Positions 35,848 through 45,326 of a DNA stretch of 64,000 bases are shown here, in pieces (the stretch's first letter is position 1; each line of letters starts with the position of its first letter). This stretch comes from an uncultured Clostridia bacterium (GTDB lineage Bacteria; Bacillota; Clostridia; Christensenellales; UBA1242), in the NCBI GenBank assembly GCA_944350115.1, contig CALVNZ010000001.1, positions 24,483-88,482 of the forward strand, read 5' to 3'. Under the pieces are notes generated by a model. The model was not told the DNA's origin. It saw only the letters and a list, made by a program, of their open reading frames with translations, and did not search any database. The position numbers were made by a program, and so were the translations under genes.

Positions 35848-38685
35848 TTATTTAATTTTCAAAATTTTTTTTAAAAATTGCCCTGTAAATGATTTTTCAT
35901 TTTTTGCCACTTCTTCTGGCGTCCCAGTCGAAACGACTTCTCCTCCACCAGAACCGCCTTCAGGTCCAAGGTCCACAATATAGTCTGCACTTTTTATAAC
36001 ATCAAGATTATGTTCTATGACAACAACACTATTACCATTTCCTACGAGTCTATTTAAAATTGAAATAAGTTTTTTTACATCATACATATGAAGCCCTGTT
36101 GTTGGTTCATCAAGTATATAAAAAGTTTTTCCCGTTTCCCTTTTAGAAAGCTCTGTTGCAAGCTTAACTCTTTGTGCTTCACCACCAGAAAGTGTTGTCG
36201 CAGATTGGCCTAATTTGATGTAAGAAAGACCAACATCGTACAAAGCTTGCAGTTTGTTTTTTATGCTTGGTATGTTTTCAAAAAAGCTAAGCGCCTCTTC
36301 AACGGTCATGTCAAGCACATCTGTGATCGTTTTGCCTTTATATTTAACTTCCAATGTTTCACGATTGTATCTTTTTCCCTTGCACACTTCACATGGCACA
36401 TTTATATCTGGCAAAAAATACATTTCTATTTCTTTAATTCCTGCACCATCACAAGCTTCACATCTTCCACCTTTCACATTAAATGAAAATCTGCTGGCAG
36501 TATATCCCCTTTCTTTTGCCTCCTTTGTTGCGGCAAACAATTCTCTAATTGGCGTAAACAAACCTGTGTATGTCGCTGGATTACTTCTTGGCGTTCTTCC
36601 AATTGGTGCTTGATCAATGCAGATCACCTTATCAATTTGCTCAATTCCCTCAATCTTGTCAACTTTGCCAAGTTCAAGTCGACTTCCATTTAACTTGTTG
36701 GCTAAATAAGGATACAAAACTTCATTGACAAGACTTGACTTACCACTGCCTGAAACACCAGTCACAGCGCACATAACACCAAGCGGGATGTCAACATTCA
36801 TCTTTTTTAAATTGTTTTCGGCAGCGCCTTTAACTTTCAAAAAGCCAGAAGGCTTTCTTCGCGACAGTGGAATTTCTATTTTTTCGTCACCACGCAAAAA
36901 TTTTGCAGTTACAGAATCTTGATTTTTTAAAACTTCATCAAGCGGACCATTTGCGACAATTTCACCACCATGCACTCCGGCATAAGGGCCAACATCAACA
37001 ATCCAATCTGCTTCTCGCATTGTGTCTTCGTCATGCTCAACAACAATTAAGGTGTTGCCAAGATCTCTTAAATTTTTAAGAGTAGCGAGAAGTTTTTCAT
37101 TGTCTCTTTGATGAAGCCCAATTGATGGCTCGTCTAAAATATATAAAACGCCAACCAGCCCCGAACCAATTTGAGTGGCAAGCCTTATTCTTTGCGCTTC
37201 ACCACCAGAAAGGGTTTCTGCTGACCTTGACAGTGTCAAATATCCAAGCCCAACATCAGACAAAAATTTTAATCTTGCCTTGATTTCTTTTAAAATACTT
37301 TCAGCAATATTCATCTTTGCTTTTGAAAGTTTAAGATTTTCAAAATAAGGCAAAAGTTCACTCACAGGCATATCGCAAACATCAATAATATCTCTTCCAT
37401 CAATTTTGACAGACAAAGCTGCCTCGTTCAATCTTTTACCATGGCAAACTTTACATGTTTGATTTGTTAAAAACTTCCCTATTTCAAATCTTACAAAATC
37501 GCTCTTACTTTCAGCAAGCCTGCGTTTTAAATTTGGAATGAGCCCTTCAAAAGTTAAAACTTTCGCGCCCCTAAAATGCTCCGCGGATTTATTGCGCGCT
37601 TCATCTTCAAACAAATCAAGTTTTTCGCCACCATTTCCATACAACAAAATTTGAATGTCTTTCTTAGGCAATTCCTTAACAGGCACAGTCAAATCAATTC
37701 CATACTTTTTAGACAAGGCATCAAAATATCTTTTTGCCATGCTGTCAGGTTCATATCTCCAACCAGTCAAGTTAAATGCTCCTTGGCTAATAGACAAGTG
37801 CGAATTTTTCAAAATCAAACTTTCATCGATGTCTGCAATTTCTCCAAGCCCTGAGCAATTGTCGCACGCACCAAAAGGTGCATTAAAAGAAAATAATCTT
37901 GGAGAAAGTTCTTCCAAAGTCCACCCACAAGTTGGACAAGAATAATTGGTTGAAAAAAGTTCCTCCTGCCCATCGAAATCAACAAGAACCAGTCCTTCCG
38001 CAAGTTTCAACGCCGTTTCCAAACTTTCGGCCAGACGGCCTTCAATATTCTCTCGAATAACAAGCCTGTCAACAACTACTTTAATGTCGTGTTTAATATT
38101 TTTGTCAAGTTCGATTTGTTCATCAAGCGTCCACATATTGCCGTCAACAACAACCCTTACAAAACCGCTTTTTTTCAAAGATTCAAAAAGTTTCGCAAAC
38201 GCACCTTTTTGAGTTCTAACAACAGGCGCTAACACAACAATTTTTGTGCCTTGTGGTTTTTCTAAAACTGCATCAACAATTTGATCAATGGTTTGGCGAG
38301 AAATCGCTTTTTTACAATGTGGGCAATATGTCGTTCCCACCCTAGCAAAAAGCAAGCGCAAATAGTCATAAATTTCAGTCACAGTGCCTACTGTTGAACG
38401 AGGATTGTGATTTGTGGTTTTTTGATCAATAGAAATAGAAGGTGACAAACCTTCAATTGCTTCAACATCAGGCTTTTGTGCTTGACCTAAAAACATTCTT
38501 GCATAAGATGACAAACTTTCAATATATCTTCTCTGCCCTTCGGCAAAAATAGTTCCAAATGCAAGCGAAGTTTTTCCAGATCCACTAACGCCAGTAAAAA
38601 CGATGAGCTTGTCTCTTGGAATAGTCAAACTCACATTTTTTAAATTATTTTCTTTCGCCCCGATAATAGTAATATTTTGATCCAT
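35848..38685 (-). CDS. uvrA: Excinuclease ABC subunit A
   Basis: 945 aa with two ABC ATPase modules ([23 protein letters not shown]), LSGGE signatures and zinc-finger Cys clusters. Confidence 0.98.
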   Translation of the reverse strand: MDQNITIIGAKENNLKNVSLTIPRDKLIVFTGVSGSGKTSLAFGTIFAEGQRRYIESLSSYARMFLGQAQKPDVEAIEGLSPSISIDQKTTNHNPRSTVGTVTEIYDYLRLLFARVGTTYCPHCKKAISRQTIDQIVDAVLEKPQGTKIVVLAPVVRTQKGAFAKLFESLKKSGFVRVVVDGNMWTLDEQIELDKNIKHDIKVVVDRLVIRENIEGRLAESLETALKLAEGLVLVDFDGQEELFSTNYSCPTCGWTLEELSPRLFSFNAPFGACDNCSGLGEIADIDESLILKNSHLSISQGAFNLTGWRYEPDSMAKRYFDALSKKYGIDLTVPVKELPKKDIQILLYGNGGEKLDLFEDEARNKSAEHFRGAKVLTFEGLIPNLKRRLAESKSDFVRFEIGKFLTNQTCKVCHGKRLNEAALSVKIDGRDIIDVCDMPVSELLPYFENLKLSKAKMNIAESILKEIKARLKFLSDVGLGYLTLSRSAETLSGGEAQRIRLATQIGSGLVGVLYILDEPSIGLHQRDNEKLLATLKNLRDLGNTLIVVEHDEDTMREADWIVDVGPYAGVHGGEIVANGPLDEVLKNQDSVTAKFLRGDEKIEIPLSRRKPSGFLKVKGAAENNLKKMNVDIPLGVMCAVTGVSGSGKSSLVNEVLYPYLANKLNGSRLELGKVDKIEGIEQIDKVICIDQAPIGRTPRSNPATYTGLFTPIRELFAATKEAKERGYTASRFSFNVKGGRCEACDGAGIKEIEMYFLPDINVPCEVCKGKRYNRETLEVKYKGKTITDVLDMTVEEALSFFENIPSIKNKLQALYDVGLSYIKLGQSATTLSGGEAQRVKLATELSKRETGKTFYILDEPTTGLHMYDVKKLISILNRLVGNGNSVVVIEHNLDVIKSADYIVDLGPEGGSGGGEVVSTGTPEEVAKNEKSFTGQFLKKILKIK

Positions 38686-38691
38686 GATTTA

Positions 38692-38721
38692 ATTATATCA
38701 CAATTAAAAAAAATAAAACAA
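38692..38721 (-). promoter_or_regulatory. Extended -10 promoter for uvrA; predicted leaderless mRNA
   Basis: Minus strand reads TTGTTT, 18 nt ending in TGa, TATAAT (38697-38692), taaatc, ATG at 38685. No SD. Confidence 0.55.
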
Positions 38722-38750
38722 TAAAAAAATAATGGCAATTAAGCCATTAT
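38722..38750 (-). terminator. Intrinsic terminator after the RyR-like gene
   Basis: taatggc (38730-38736), loop aattaa, gccatta (38743-38749). On the minus strand it is followed by TTTTTTTATTGTTTTATTTTTTTT. Confidence 0.7.
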
Positions 38751-39214
38751 CTTTTTATTTCTGTAGATCTCATAACCTGTGAAGCAATATCATATTGTTC
38801 TAAATCTTTTGCTTGTTCATTTTCAGGCAATTCTGCGAACGGCAAACCTAAAACAGGATCTGAGCTTGCCCATGAATTTCTTTCTAACCATGCTGTATGA
38901 ATAATATCACCTATTTCTTCTCTTGTATATGTTTTTCCACTTGTTAAGATTTCAGTAACAACTTCCGCTGCTTGCTTATTTTCGCTTTTCCAATCTTCAC
39001 TTAATTGACTGTAACAAGTATTTGCGATGTCAATTTCAACATCATTTTCTGGTGTGATTCTTATTGTATCTGGCAAGTTGCCGAGATCCAAAGCTTTAAT
39101 AAATTCGACATCTTTAACCTTTTTCCATCTTGGCTCATATGTCCCGTCTTCTTTTAACCTTGTTTTTCTCCAATTGTCATGAAATGCGCTAGCAATTTTT
39201 TCTGATAAACTCAT
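38747..39214 (-). CDS. Small cytoplasmic protein with two RyR (ryanodine-receptor-like) domain-type repeats
   Basis: 155 aa. Repeat 1 is IASAFHDNWRKTRLKEDGTYEPR....YSQLSEDWKSENKQAAEVV. Repeat 2 is IGDIIHTAWLERNSW...LPFAELPENEQAKDLEQYDIA. Both fit the H-x-x-W ... (Y/F)-x-x-L-(P/S)-E-x-x-K pattern of bacterial RyR domains (from memory, no search). SD is GGAGGGG. Confidence 0.5.
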   Translation of the reverse strand: MSLSEKIASAFHDNWRKTRLKEDGTYEPRWKKVKDVEFIKALDLGNLPDTIRITPENDVEIDIANTCYSQLSEDWKSENKQAAEVVTEILTSGKTYTREEIGDIIHTAWLERNSWASSDPVLGLPFAELPENEQAKDLEQYDIASQVMRSTEIKR

Positions 39215-39297
39215 TTTTCCCCTCCATTTGTAAAATTAATTTTTAGTAATATAAAAAAATTAAAAATTTTTTAAATCACCAAATTCTACATGATTGT

Positions 39298-39326
39298 AGT
39301 ATAACTAAAAAGGCTTGCTATGTCAA
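39298..39326 (-). promoter_or_regulatory. SigA-type promoter for the RyR-like gene
   Basis: Minus strand reads TTGACA (39326-39321), 17 nt, TATACT (39303-39298). Confidence 0.65.
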
Positions 39327-39392
39327 TAGTTTCTTAAAAAAAATATTAAAAATGAATTTTTTTTATATTTTTAAACATGTTGAAGTTTTTTT

Positions 39393-41345
39393 TTATTTTC
39401 CCAATCTTTTCTTTAAAGTAGAAATTTTATTACGAAGTTCAATCGCTCTTTCAAAATCAAGAGCATTAGACGCAAGTTTCATCATTGAAGTCAACCTTTC
39501 AATTTCTGCAGGTATGTCTTTTTTAGCAATTTTGCCATCATCAACCTTTTTAGTGATTTCAAGCGTATTTTTAATTTGTTTTACAATGGTTTTTGGAACA
39601 ATATTGTGTTTTTGATTATAATCCATTTGAATTTTTCTTCTTCTGGCGGTTTCGTTGATCGCTCTTTTCATTGAGTCAGTAATTTCATCTGCATACATTA
39701 TTGCCCTGCCATTTGCATTTCTAGCAACCCGACCAACAGTTTGAATTAACGCACCTTCTGATCGCAAAAAGCCTTCTTTGTCGGCATCAAGAATTGCAAC
39801 AAGTTCAACTTCTGGCATATCAAGCCCCTCTCTTAAAAGGTTGATTCCAACCAGCACATCAAACTCCCCACTTCGCAATCCGTTGATAATTTCAACTCTT
39901 TCCATTGTGTCAATTTCTGAATGCAAATACTTCACTTTAAATTTATGGTCAGATAAATAAGTTGTCAAACTCTCCGCCATTTTTTTTGTTAAAGTCGTCA
40001 CAAGCACTCTACAATTTCTTTCAATCGTCTGTTTAATTTCATTCATTAAGTCTGGAATTTGATTTTTTGAAGATCTTACTTCAATTGTTGGATCAAGAAG
40101 ACCAGTAGGACGCAAAAGTTGTTCAACAACTTGTCCTGCTTTTTCTAATTCATATTTAGCAGGAGTTGCTGAAACATACAAAGTTTGCCCAAGCCTTTCA
40201 TTAAACTCATCAAATTTTAAAGGTCTGTTGTCTTTCGCTGCTTCCAAACGAAAACCATAGTCAACCAAACTTGCTTTTCTAGCTTTATCTCCATTATACA
40301 TTGCCCTAATTTGTGGCAAAGTCATATGGCTTTCATCAATGATTGTTAAAAAATCCTTTGGGAAATAATCGATAAGTGTAAAAGGTGGCTCCCCAGGTTT
40401 TCTGCCATCAAAATATCTAGAATAGTTTTCAATGCCACTGCAATAGCCAAGTTCACTCATCATTTCAATATCATAGGCAACACGTTGACCAATTCTCTCT
40501 GCTTCCAATGGTTTGCCTTCATCATTAAATTTCTTTATGGCTTTTTCTCTATCTTCACTGATTTGCTTGATTGCTTGAACAAGCCTTTGATTTCCCACAG
40601 CATAATGAGTCGCAGGATAAATTGCAGCATAAGAAACTTCATTGATAAGCGTTCCCGAAACGGGTTCAAACTCAAATATTTTTTCGATTTCATCGCCAAA
40701 AAACAAAACTCTTATTGCCATTTCAGATTGGTTCGCAGGGAAAATGTCAAGTGTGTCACCTTTTGCCCTAAAAGTCGATCTTTTAAAATCCATTTCACTT
40801 CGCACATATTGAATATCAATCAATCTTCGCATAATATCTTCGCGACTGACCTGGTCACCTTTTCTTAAAGATATGTGCAAATTATAGTATTCTTCAGGGC
40901 TACCCAACCCATAAATGCAAGAAACCGAAGCGACAACAATCGTGTCCCTTCTTTCTAAAAGTGAAGATGTTGCAGAAGAACGAAGCTTGTCAATTTCATC
41001 ATTGATTGACATATCCTTTTCAATATAAGTATCCGTGCTGACAATGTAAGCTTCTGGTTGATAGTAGTCATAATATGAAACAAAAAATTCAACTCTGTTT
41101 TCTGGGAAAAATTCTCGAAATTCATTACAAAGTTGAGCAGCCAAAATTTTATTATGCGCAATAACGAGAGTTGGTCTGTTGAGTTTTTGAATAATATTTG
41201 CCATAGTAAAAGTTTTTCCACTTCCCGTCACTCCAAGCAAAACTTGATCTTTTAGCCCCTCATTAAACCCATCCACAAGTTTTTCAATAGCTTGTGGCTG
41301 ATCGCCAGATGCAGAAAAAGGCGCATGAAGTTTAAAATTTTTCAT
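39393..41345 (-). CDS. uvrB: Excinuclease ABC subunit B
   Basis: 650 aa with [12 protein letters not shown], helicase motifs, the beta-hairpin region [10 protein letters not shown] and a C-terminal UVR domain. Confidence 0.98.
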   Translation of the reverse strand: MKNFKLHAPFSASGDQPQAIEKLVDGFNEGLKDQVLLGVTGSGKTFTMANIIQKLNRPTLVIAHNKILAAQLCNEFREFFPENRVEFFVSYYDYYQPEAYIVSTDTYIEKDMSINDEIDKLRSSATSSLLERRDTIVVASVSCIYGLGSPEEYYNLHISLRKGDQVSREDIMRRLIDIQYVRSEMDFKRSTFRAKGDTLDIFPANQSEMAIRVLFFGDEIEKIFEFEPVSGTLINEVSYAAIYPATHYAVGNQRLVQAIKQISEDREKAIKKFNDEGKPLEAERIGQRVAYDIEMMSELGYCSGIENYSRYFDGRKPGEPPFTLIDYFPKDFLTIIDESHMTLPQIRAMYNGDKARKASLVDYGFRLEAAKDNRPLKFDEFNERLGQTLYVSATPAKYELEKAGQVVEQLLRPTGLLDPTIEVRSSKNQIPDLMNEIKQTIERNCRVLVTTLTKKMAESLTTYLSDHKFKVKYLHSEIDTMERVEIINGLRSGEFDVLVGINLLREGLDMPEVELVAILDADKEGFLRSEGALIQTVGRVARNANGRAIMYADEITDSMKRAINETARRRKIQMDYNQKHNIVPKTIVKQIKNTLEITKKVDDGKIAKKDIPAEIERLTSMMKLASNALDFERAIELRNKISTLKKRLGK

Positions 41346-41347
41346 TT

Positions 41348-41707
41348 TTATCCTTTGAAAATCATTTTTAAAACAAGTCCAAAAATAAAACTCACTGTTG
41401 CCAAAAACAAGCTCCTTAAAACAAGCAAACCAAAATTCTTTTTTTGCCTACGGCTGTCAACTTCAAAAGTTTGCCCTTTCTTTTTTAATGTTACACAATA
41501 ATAATACCCCATTTTACTTTCAGAAACAACAAAATCAATGTAGTTTTCATTTGAAAGTTCGCCCATGATTTCGTCGATCTCTGAAACAGAAAGAACAAAT
41601 TTTTTTGAAAGCGCACCAGCAATTTCACTTGGCGAAACAAGGCATGTCCTTTTTTTAGGACACACTTTACACAAAAAAGACATAACGAGTTTTTCTTTCC
41701 GCGTCAA
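41348..41707 (-). CDS. Membrane-tethered winged-helix (wHTH-like) protein, paralog 2
   Basis: 119 aa from a TTG start with SD GAGGTG. N-terminal about 75 aa look wHTH-like ([55 protein letters not shown]). A single C-terminal TM follows ([22 protein letters not shown]). It aligns along its length with 43382-43744 and ends 2 nt before the uvrB ATG. Confidence 0.65.
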   Translation of the reverse strand: MTRKEKLVMSFLCKVCPKKRTCLVSPSEIAGALSKKFVLSVSEIDEIMGELSNENYIDFVVSESKMGYYYCVTLKKKGQTFEVDSRRQKKNFGLLVLRSLFLATVSFIFGLVLKMIFKG

Positions 41708-41797
41708 AAAACACCTCGCATGAAACTAGGTTAAACTTGTTATGCCCGTTTTATGTTCTGTTTACACAAAAAAAGTGGCTGTATCACCGTTTTTTGT

Positions 41798-43258
41798 TTA
41801 AAACTCCAGGCCAAATCCATATTCGGCTGAGATAGATCTGATCTTATCGACTGTGTAGGCTTTTTGTGCCATTTCATCTTCTAACTTTAAAGATATTGTA
41901 GATTTGCTATTTATTTTATCCGCAATCTCGTTTGTTTTTGCTGTATTATGTCCTTGATCATTATTATAACGGTCATATTCTTTATCAAGATCTATCTGTT
42001 CGTTCTCAAGCTCTGCTATTTTTCTCAGAGTGTTGGTTGGATCGATCCTAATTAAATATTCATGAATTTGTTTGGTTTCTGCCCTGATTGACCTTGCAAA
42101 AAACTCTTCAAATTTTTCCCTATTGAATAAAATTGTGCTAAACAACTGTTGTTGGTCAGTTATCCCGTTTTGTTGAATAAATTCAAAATCTAAATCTTGA
42201 ATTGATAAATCTTTGACAAAATGTTTTAGAAAACCAATAATTGGATCGCTGGACATCTTCAAAGCCAATTCAACAGCTGTATCAAAACTAAATGGCTGAA
42301 CGCATTCATCAAGTTGACTCTTTTTAACACAAAGAGCACCTGCTATGATCTGCTTAAATTCAGAACGTTGATATTTCCATTTTGTTTCTATGCTATATTC
42401 GCCAATTCCCGCATTTTTGATGCAGCATATATCAACGTTTTCTCTGCGAAGGCCTTTGATCATAGTTCGCAGAAAAACCACAAGCGGTATTTCTGCTTCC
42501 TCGTTGTTAAAACCATTGTTTTCAAGCGTTTCTTCATACAATTTTCGACATTTATCGTAATAGTTTTTAAAGTATTCTTCTTTAATCTTCTCCAACGGGC
42601 CTATGCGACAGTGTAAAATGCGCTTTTTGATATTTTCGATTTGCTCTTCTAACTTTTCTATCTCTTTTCGTTTCTCATCGTAAGGTCTCGAAATATCCAA
42701 AAAAATTGTTAATTTGCTACCCCAATCGTCATATAACTCTTCCCCTTCCTTCTTCCCTTCTTCGGATTCTCTATAACTATTGCTTTTTTCTCTCCAATCT
42801 TCATATTTTTTTTGTGCTTCTTTTTGTATACTGAGGGAAGAAACATATTCGGGTGCTTCGCAATATTTTTTCGCTTCTGCTTCAAGTTTCTGTTTTTGCT
42901 CTTCTAATTGCTGTATTTGCCCTATTAATTCATCTATTTGTTGTTCATATGTTCTTTTCTTGACAACAAGCAAGCTGGACTCTCTTATGTAATTTGGCAT
43001 CTTTTTGTTGTGCTGCTCGTATTCTGCACGCAACATTAAAACATAGTCCTCGACTGCGCGATCCAGGTCTTCTTTCTCTCTTTCTCTTTGCAGGCGTTCC
43101 TCGTAGTATGCTTTTTGTCTAGCCTCCCGCATTTCCTCTTCACGCCTTTTTAACTCGCGCTCTTTCTGTTCTATCTGTTCTAACTCGCGCTCTTTCTGTT
43201 CTATCTTTTCGATTAGCTCTTCAATAGTTGTGCCATAAGGGTTTTCAGAACTTTTCAT
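41798..43258 (-). CDS. Coiled-coil protein (N-terminal about 230 aa E/K/R/Q-rich heptads) with unknown C-terminal globular domain
   Basis: 486-aa ORF with SD GGAGAG and a strong promoter upstream. Contains a 30-nt duplication encoding IEQKERELEQ/IEQKERELKR. No TM or signal peptide. Confidence 0.8.
   Translation of the reverse strand: MKSSENPYGTTIEELIEKIEQKERELEQIEQKERELKRREEEMREARQKAYYEERLQREREKEDLDRAVEDYVLMLRAEYEQHNKKMPNYIRESSLLVVKKRTYEQQIDELIGQIQQLEEQKQKLEAEAKKYCEAPEYVSSLSIQKEAQKKYEDWREKSNSYRESEEGKKEGEELYDDWGSKLTIFLDISRPYDEKRKEIEKLEEQIENIKKRILHCRIGPLEKIKEEYFKNYYDKCRKLYEETLENNGFNNEEAEIPLVVFLRTMIKGLRRENVDICCIKNAGIGEYSIETKWKYQRSEFKQIIAGALCVKKSQLDECVQPFSFDTAVELALKMSSDPIIGFLKHFVKDLSIQDLDFEFIQQNGITDQQQLFSTILFNREKFEEFFARSIRAETKQIHEYLIRIDPTNTLRKIAELENEQIDLDKEYDRYNNDQGHNTAKTNEIADKINSKSTISLKLEDEMAQKAYTVDKIRSISAEYGFGLEF
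43151..43210 (-). repeat. 30-nt direct tandem duplication (1 mismatch) within the coiled-coil gene
   Basis: taactcgcgctctttctgttctatctgttc / taactcgcgctctttctgttctatcttttc. Confidence 0.95.
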
Positions 43259-43278
43259 AATCTCTCTCCATTACTAAA

Positions 43279-43307
43279 ATTTTAACTAAAACAAAAAGCT
43301 TTGTCAA
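43279..43307 (-). promoter_or_regulatory. SigA-type promoter for the coiled-coil gene
   Basis: Minus strand reads TTGACA (43307-43302), 17 nt, TAAAAT (43284-43279), then GGAGAG SD. Confidence 0.7.
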
Positions 43308-43381
43308 TATCAAATAATAAATTTGCGTATTTTGTCGATTTTTTGTTGCATTTTAGATTATTGTTTTGCAAACAATAAAGT

Positions 43382-43744
43382 ATGTTAGATTTAAAATCCA
43401 AGCTCGTTTTAAAAATTTTGCAAAAAGAATGCAAGTCAGGTGGTTATAAAATAGTAGAAAAAGCTGACATAATTTCTTCCTTGCCAACAAAGTATCGCAT
43501 GGAAGACGAAGCGCTAGATCACATCATAACTTTTTTAGAAAGAAGTGAATGCATACATATAAAATATGATGACGAAAAAGTCTATTGTTTATGCATTTTG
43601 CCGATAGGAAATCAGCTGGCAGAAAATGAATTAAAAGAAAAAAAAGAACATAAGTTTTCAATAATTAAATATGTCCTTTTCTTTTTCCTGCTTTTGATTG
43701 GTTCGTTTTTAGGAAGTTTGCTTGCAAAATTTATTAATTTTTAA
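43382..43744 (+). CDS. Membrane-tethered winged-helix (wHTH-like) protein, paralog 1
   Basis: 120 aa with the same architecture as 41348-41707 (KSKLVLKILQKECKSGGYKIVEKADIISSLPTKY..EALDHIITFLERSECIHIKYDDEKVYCLCILPIG, then TM YVLFFFLLLIGSFLGSLLA). Divergent from the coiled-coil gene. The 3' end overlaps the radC-like gene by 11 nt. Confidence 0.65.
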   Translation: MLDLKSKLVLKILQKECKSGGYKIVEKADIISSLPTKYRMEDEALDHIITFLERSECIHIKYDDEKVYCLCILPIGNQLAENELKEKKEHKFSIIKYVLFFFLLLIGSFLGSLLAKFINF

Positions 43745-44435
43745 ATTTACGATAAAACTCTTTGTTTTTAGTGCCGTAAACTCCATCCGCTCCAACAATC
43801 ACATAATCAATTAACGATGTGCCTAAATCAGCAGAAATTTCGTAAGCTTTGTGAAAAACTTTCAAATCATCTATCGTAGGTTCTGCAGATGTGGTGGGAT
43901 GATTGTGAGCAAGAAATAAATAGGCGGGCTTAAAAGCAGTAATAAATTTAGCCACTTCTCTCGCATCAAACTTGTCACCATCAAGATTCCCAATATGCAA
44001 ACGCAATTTTGTTTTCACTCTGCTTGCTGGGTCGATGCCAATAATGTAAAGCATTTCAGTTGCTTTAAATTTTAAAAGTTCTTCAAAATAATCACCAATA
44101 TCAGATTTAAATTCGAAAGTATATTTTTCATCCAAACTTGCTTCTGCGAAATAATTAAACAAGGTTGACATAGAGTGCAACTTTTTAGCGGAACGCTCGC
44201 CCATTCCAGAAACTGCCATAAGTTCTTTCCAGTCAGCATTGATAATTTCCGTAACATTGCCAAACTTTTTGATTAGAGCATGCGCGATTTCGTTGACATC
44301 TCCACGCGGAAAAATGTAAGTCAAAATAAACTCTATGGCTTGCACTTCGCTGACTTTATCAAGCCCAACTTTTAGCACTGTGTCCATAAGTCTTTTTCTA
44401 TGCCCATCATGAACATTCTTTGTTGTTTCCGACAT
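43734..44435 (-). CDS. RadC-family JAB/MPN domain protein (copy 1)
   Basis: N-terminal HhH-like region (HRKRLMD..ELMAVSGMGERSAKKL) and JAB motif LAHNHPTTSAEPTIDD. Start moved to the ATG at 44435 (SD AGAGGA) instead of the track's TTG at 44462. Confidence 0.85.
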   Translation of the reverse strand: MSETTKNVHDGHRKRLMDTVLKVGLDKVSEVQAIEFILTYIFPRGDVNEIAHALIKKFGNVTEIINADWKELMAVSGMGERSAKKLHSMSTLFNYFAEASLDEKYTFEFKSDIGDYFEELLKFKATEMLYIIGIDPASRVKTKLRLHIGNLDGDKFDAREVAKFITAFKPAYLFLAHNHPTTSAEPTIDDLKVFHKAYEISADLGTSLIDYVIVGADGVYGTKNKEFYRKFKN

Positions 44436-44451
44436 TTTTCCTCTTGTAAAA

Positions 44452-45144
44452 TTAATTAACATTAAATTTTCTTAAAAACTTGTTGCCTTCCAAACTAAAC
44501 ACGCCGTCAACTCCGACAATGATGTGATCGACAAGATCAACGTGCAATTTTTTGCATAAAGATTTTAGAATTTCATTACCTTTGCAATCATTTTCGGAAG
44601 GTTTTGCACAACCATTTGGATGATTGTGACACAAAAAGCAAGAATGTGGTTTTTGAGTGGTGATTATTCTTGCAATATCATGTGTGCTGACACCCACACT
44701 TTTCATTCCACCCGTTGCCAACTTGTGTTTAAACTTGACTTTCTTTTTTGAATCAAGACCAATTATGTAAGTGTTTTCAATTTGTTTAAATCTCAAAAGC
44801 TCTTCAAAGAAATCGCAAATATTTTCAGTGGAGTTGAAATCGTATTTCTTGTCAAGGCCGGATTCAACATAATATTCGAAAACCGAGAAAAGAAGTGAAA
44901 GCGCCTTAGCCGAGCGTTCACTCATGCCTTCAACTTCTTTTAATAGAAACCAGTCAGTAGTCAAAACATCAGAAAATGAGCCAAACCTATCGAGCAATTT
45001 TTCTGCCAAATCTTTATTGTCGTTTCTAGGCAAAACATAAGACAAAGCAAGTTCCATGACTTCCCTATTTGACAAATCGTCTTCGTTAAGATAAAGTCTT
45101 TCAAGCAAATCGCCAACGCGCTTTGTTTTTATTTTGTTTTGCAT
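44452..45144 (-). CDS. RadC-family JAB/MPN domain protein (copy 2)
   Basis: LLKEVEGMSERSAKAL and LCHNHPNGCAKPSENDC. SD AAAGGAA. Confidence 0.85.
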   Translation of the reverse strand: MQNKIKTKRVGDLLERLYLNEDDLSNREVMELALSYVLPRNDNKDLAEKLLDRFGSFSDVLTTDWFLLKEVEGMSERSAKALSLLFSVFEYYVESGLDKKYDFNSTENICDFFEELLRFKQIENTYIIGLDSKKKVKFKHKLATGGMKSVGVSTHDIARIITTQKPHSCFLCHNHPNGCAKPSENDCKGNEILKSLCKKLHVDLVDHIIVGVDGVFSLEGNKFLRKFNVN

Positions 45145-45279
45145 AATTCCTTTTGACTTAATTTAAGTTTAACACACAAAGGTCAAATAACAAACCGATT
45201 TAAAATTTTTCTCAAAAATTGTTTTAAAATTTAACAATTATTAATTGGAATAAAAACTTTCCAAAACCAATTTAAACTC

Positions 45280-45319
45280 ACAAACAAAAGGAAAACCACT
45301 GGCGGTTAGCCAGTGGTTT
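45280..45319 (-). terminator. Strong intrinsic terminator after giant gene B
   Basis: Perfect 11-bp GC-containing stem aaaccactggc (45293-45303) / gccagtggttt (45309-45319) with loop ggtta. On the minus strand it is followed by TTCCTTTTGTTTG. Confidence 0.85.
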
Positions 45320-45326
45320 GATTTTG

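Noticed and set aside
39352-39615. 87-aa plus-strand ORF overlapping the uvrB 3' end
   Set aside because: It is antisense to the conserved UvrB C-terminal UVR domain, with a hydrophobic, low-complexity translation and no start signals.
41708-41797. Possible LexA/Cheo SOS box (GAAC-N4-GTTC) upstream of the uvrB-containing unit; also checked upstream of uvrA and the RyR-like gene
   Set aside because: Only a half-site-like AGAACATAAAACGG is present, with no matching GTTC arm. No convincing SOS operator was found.
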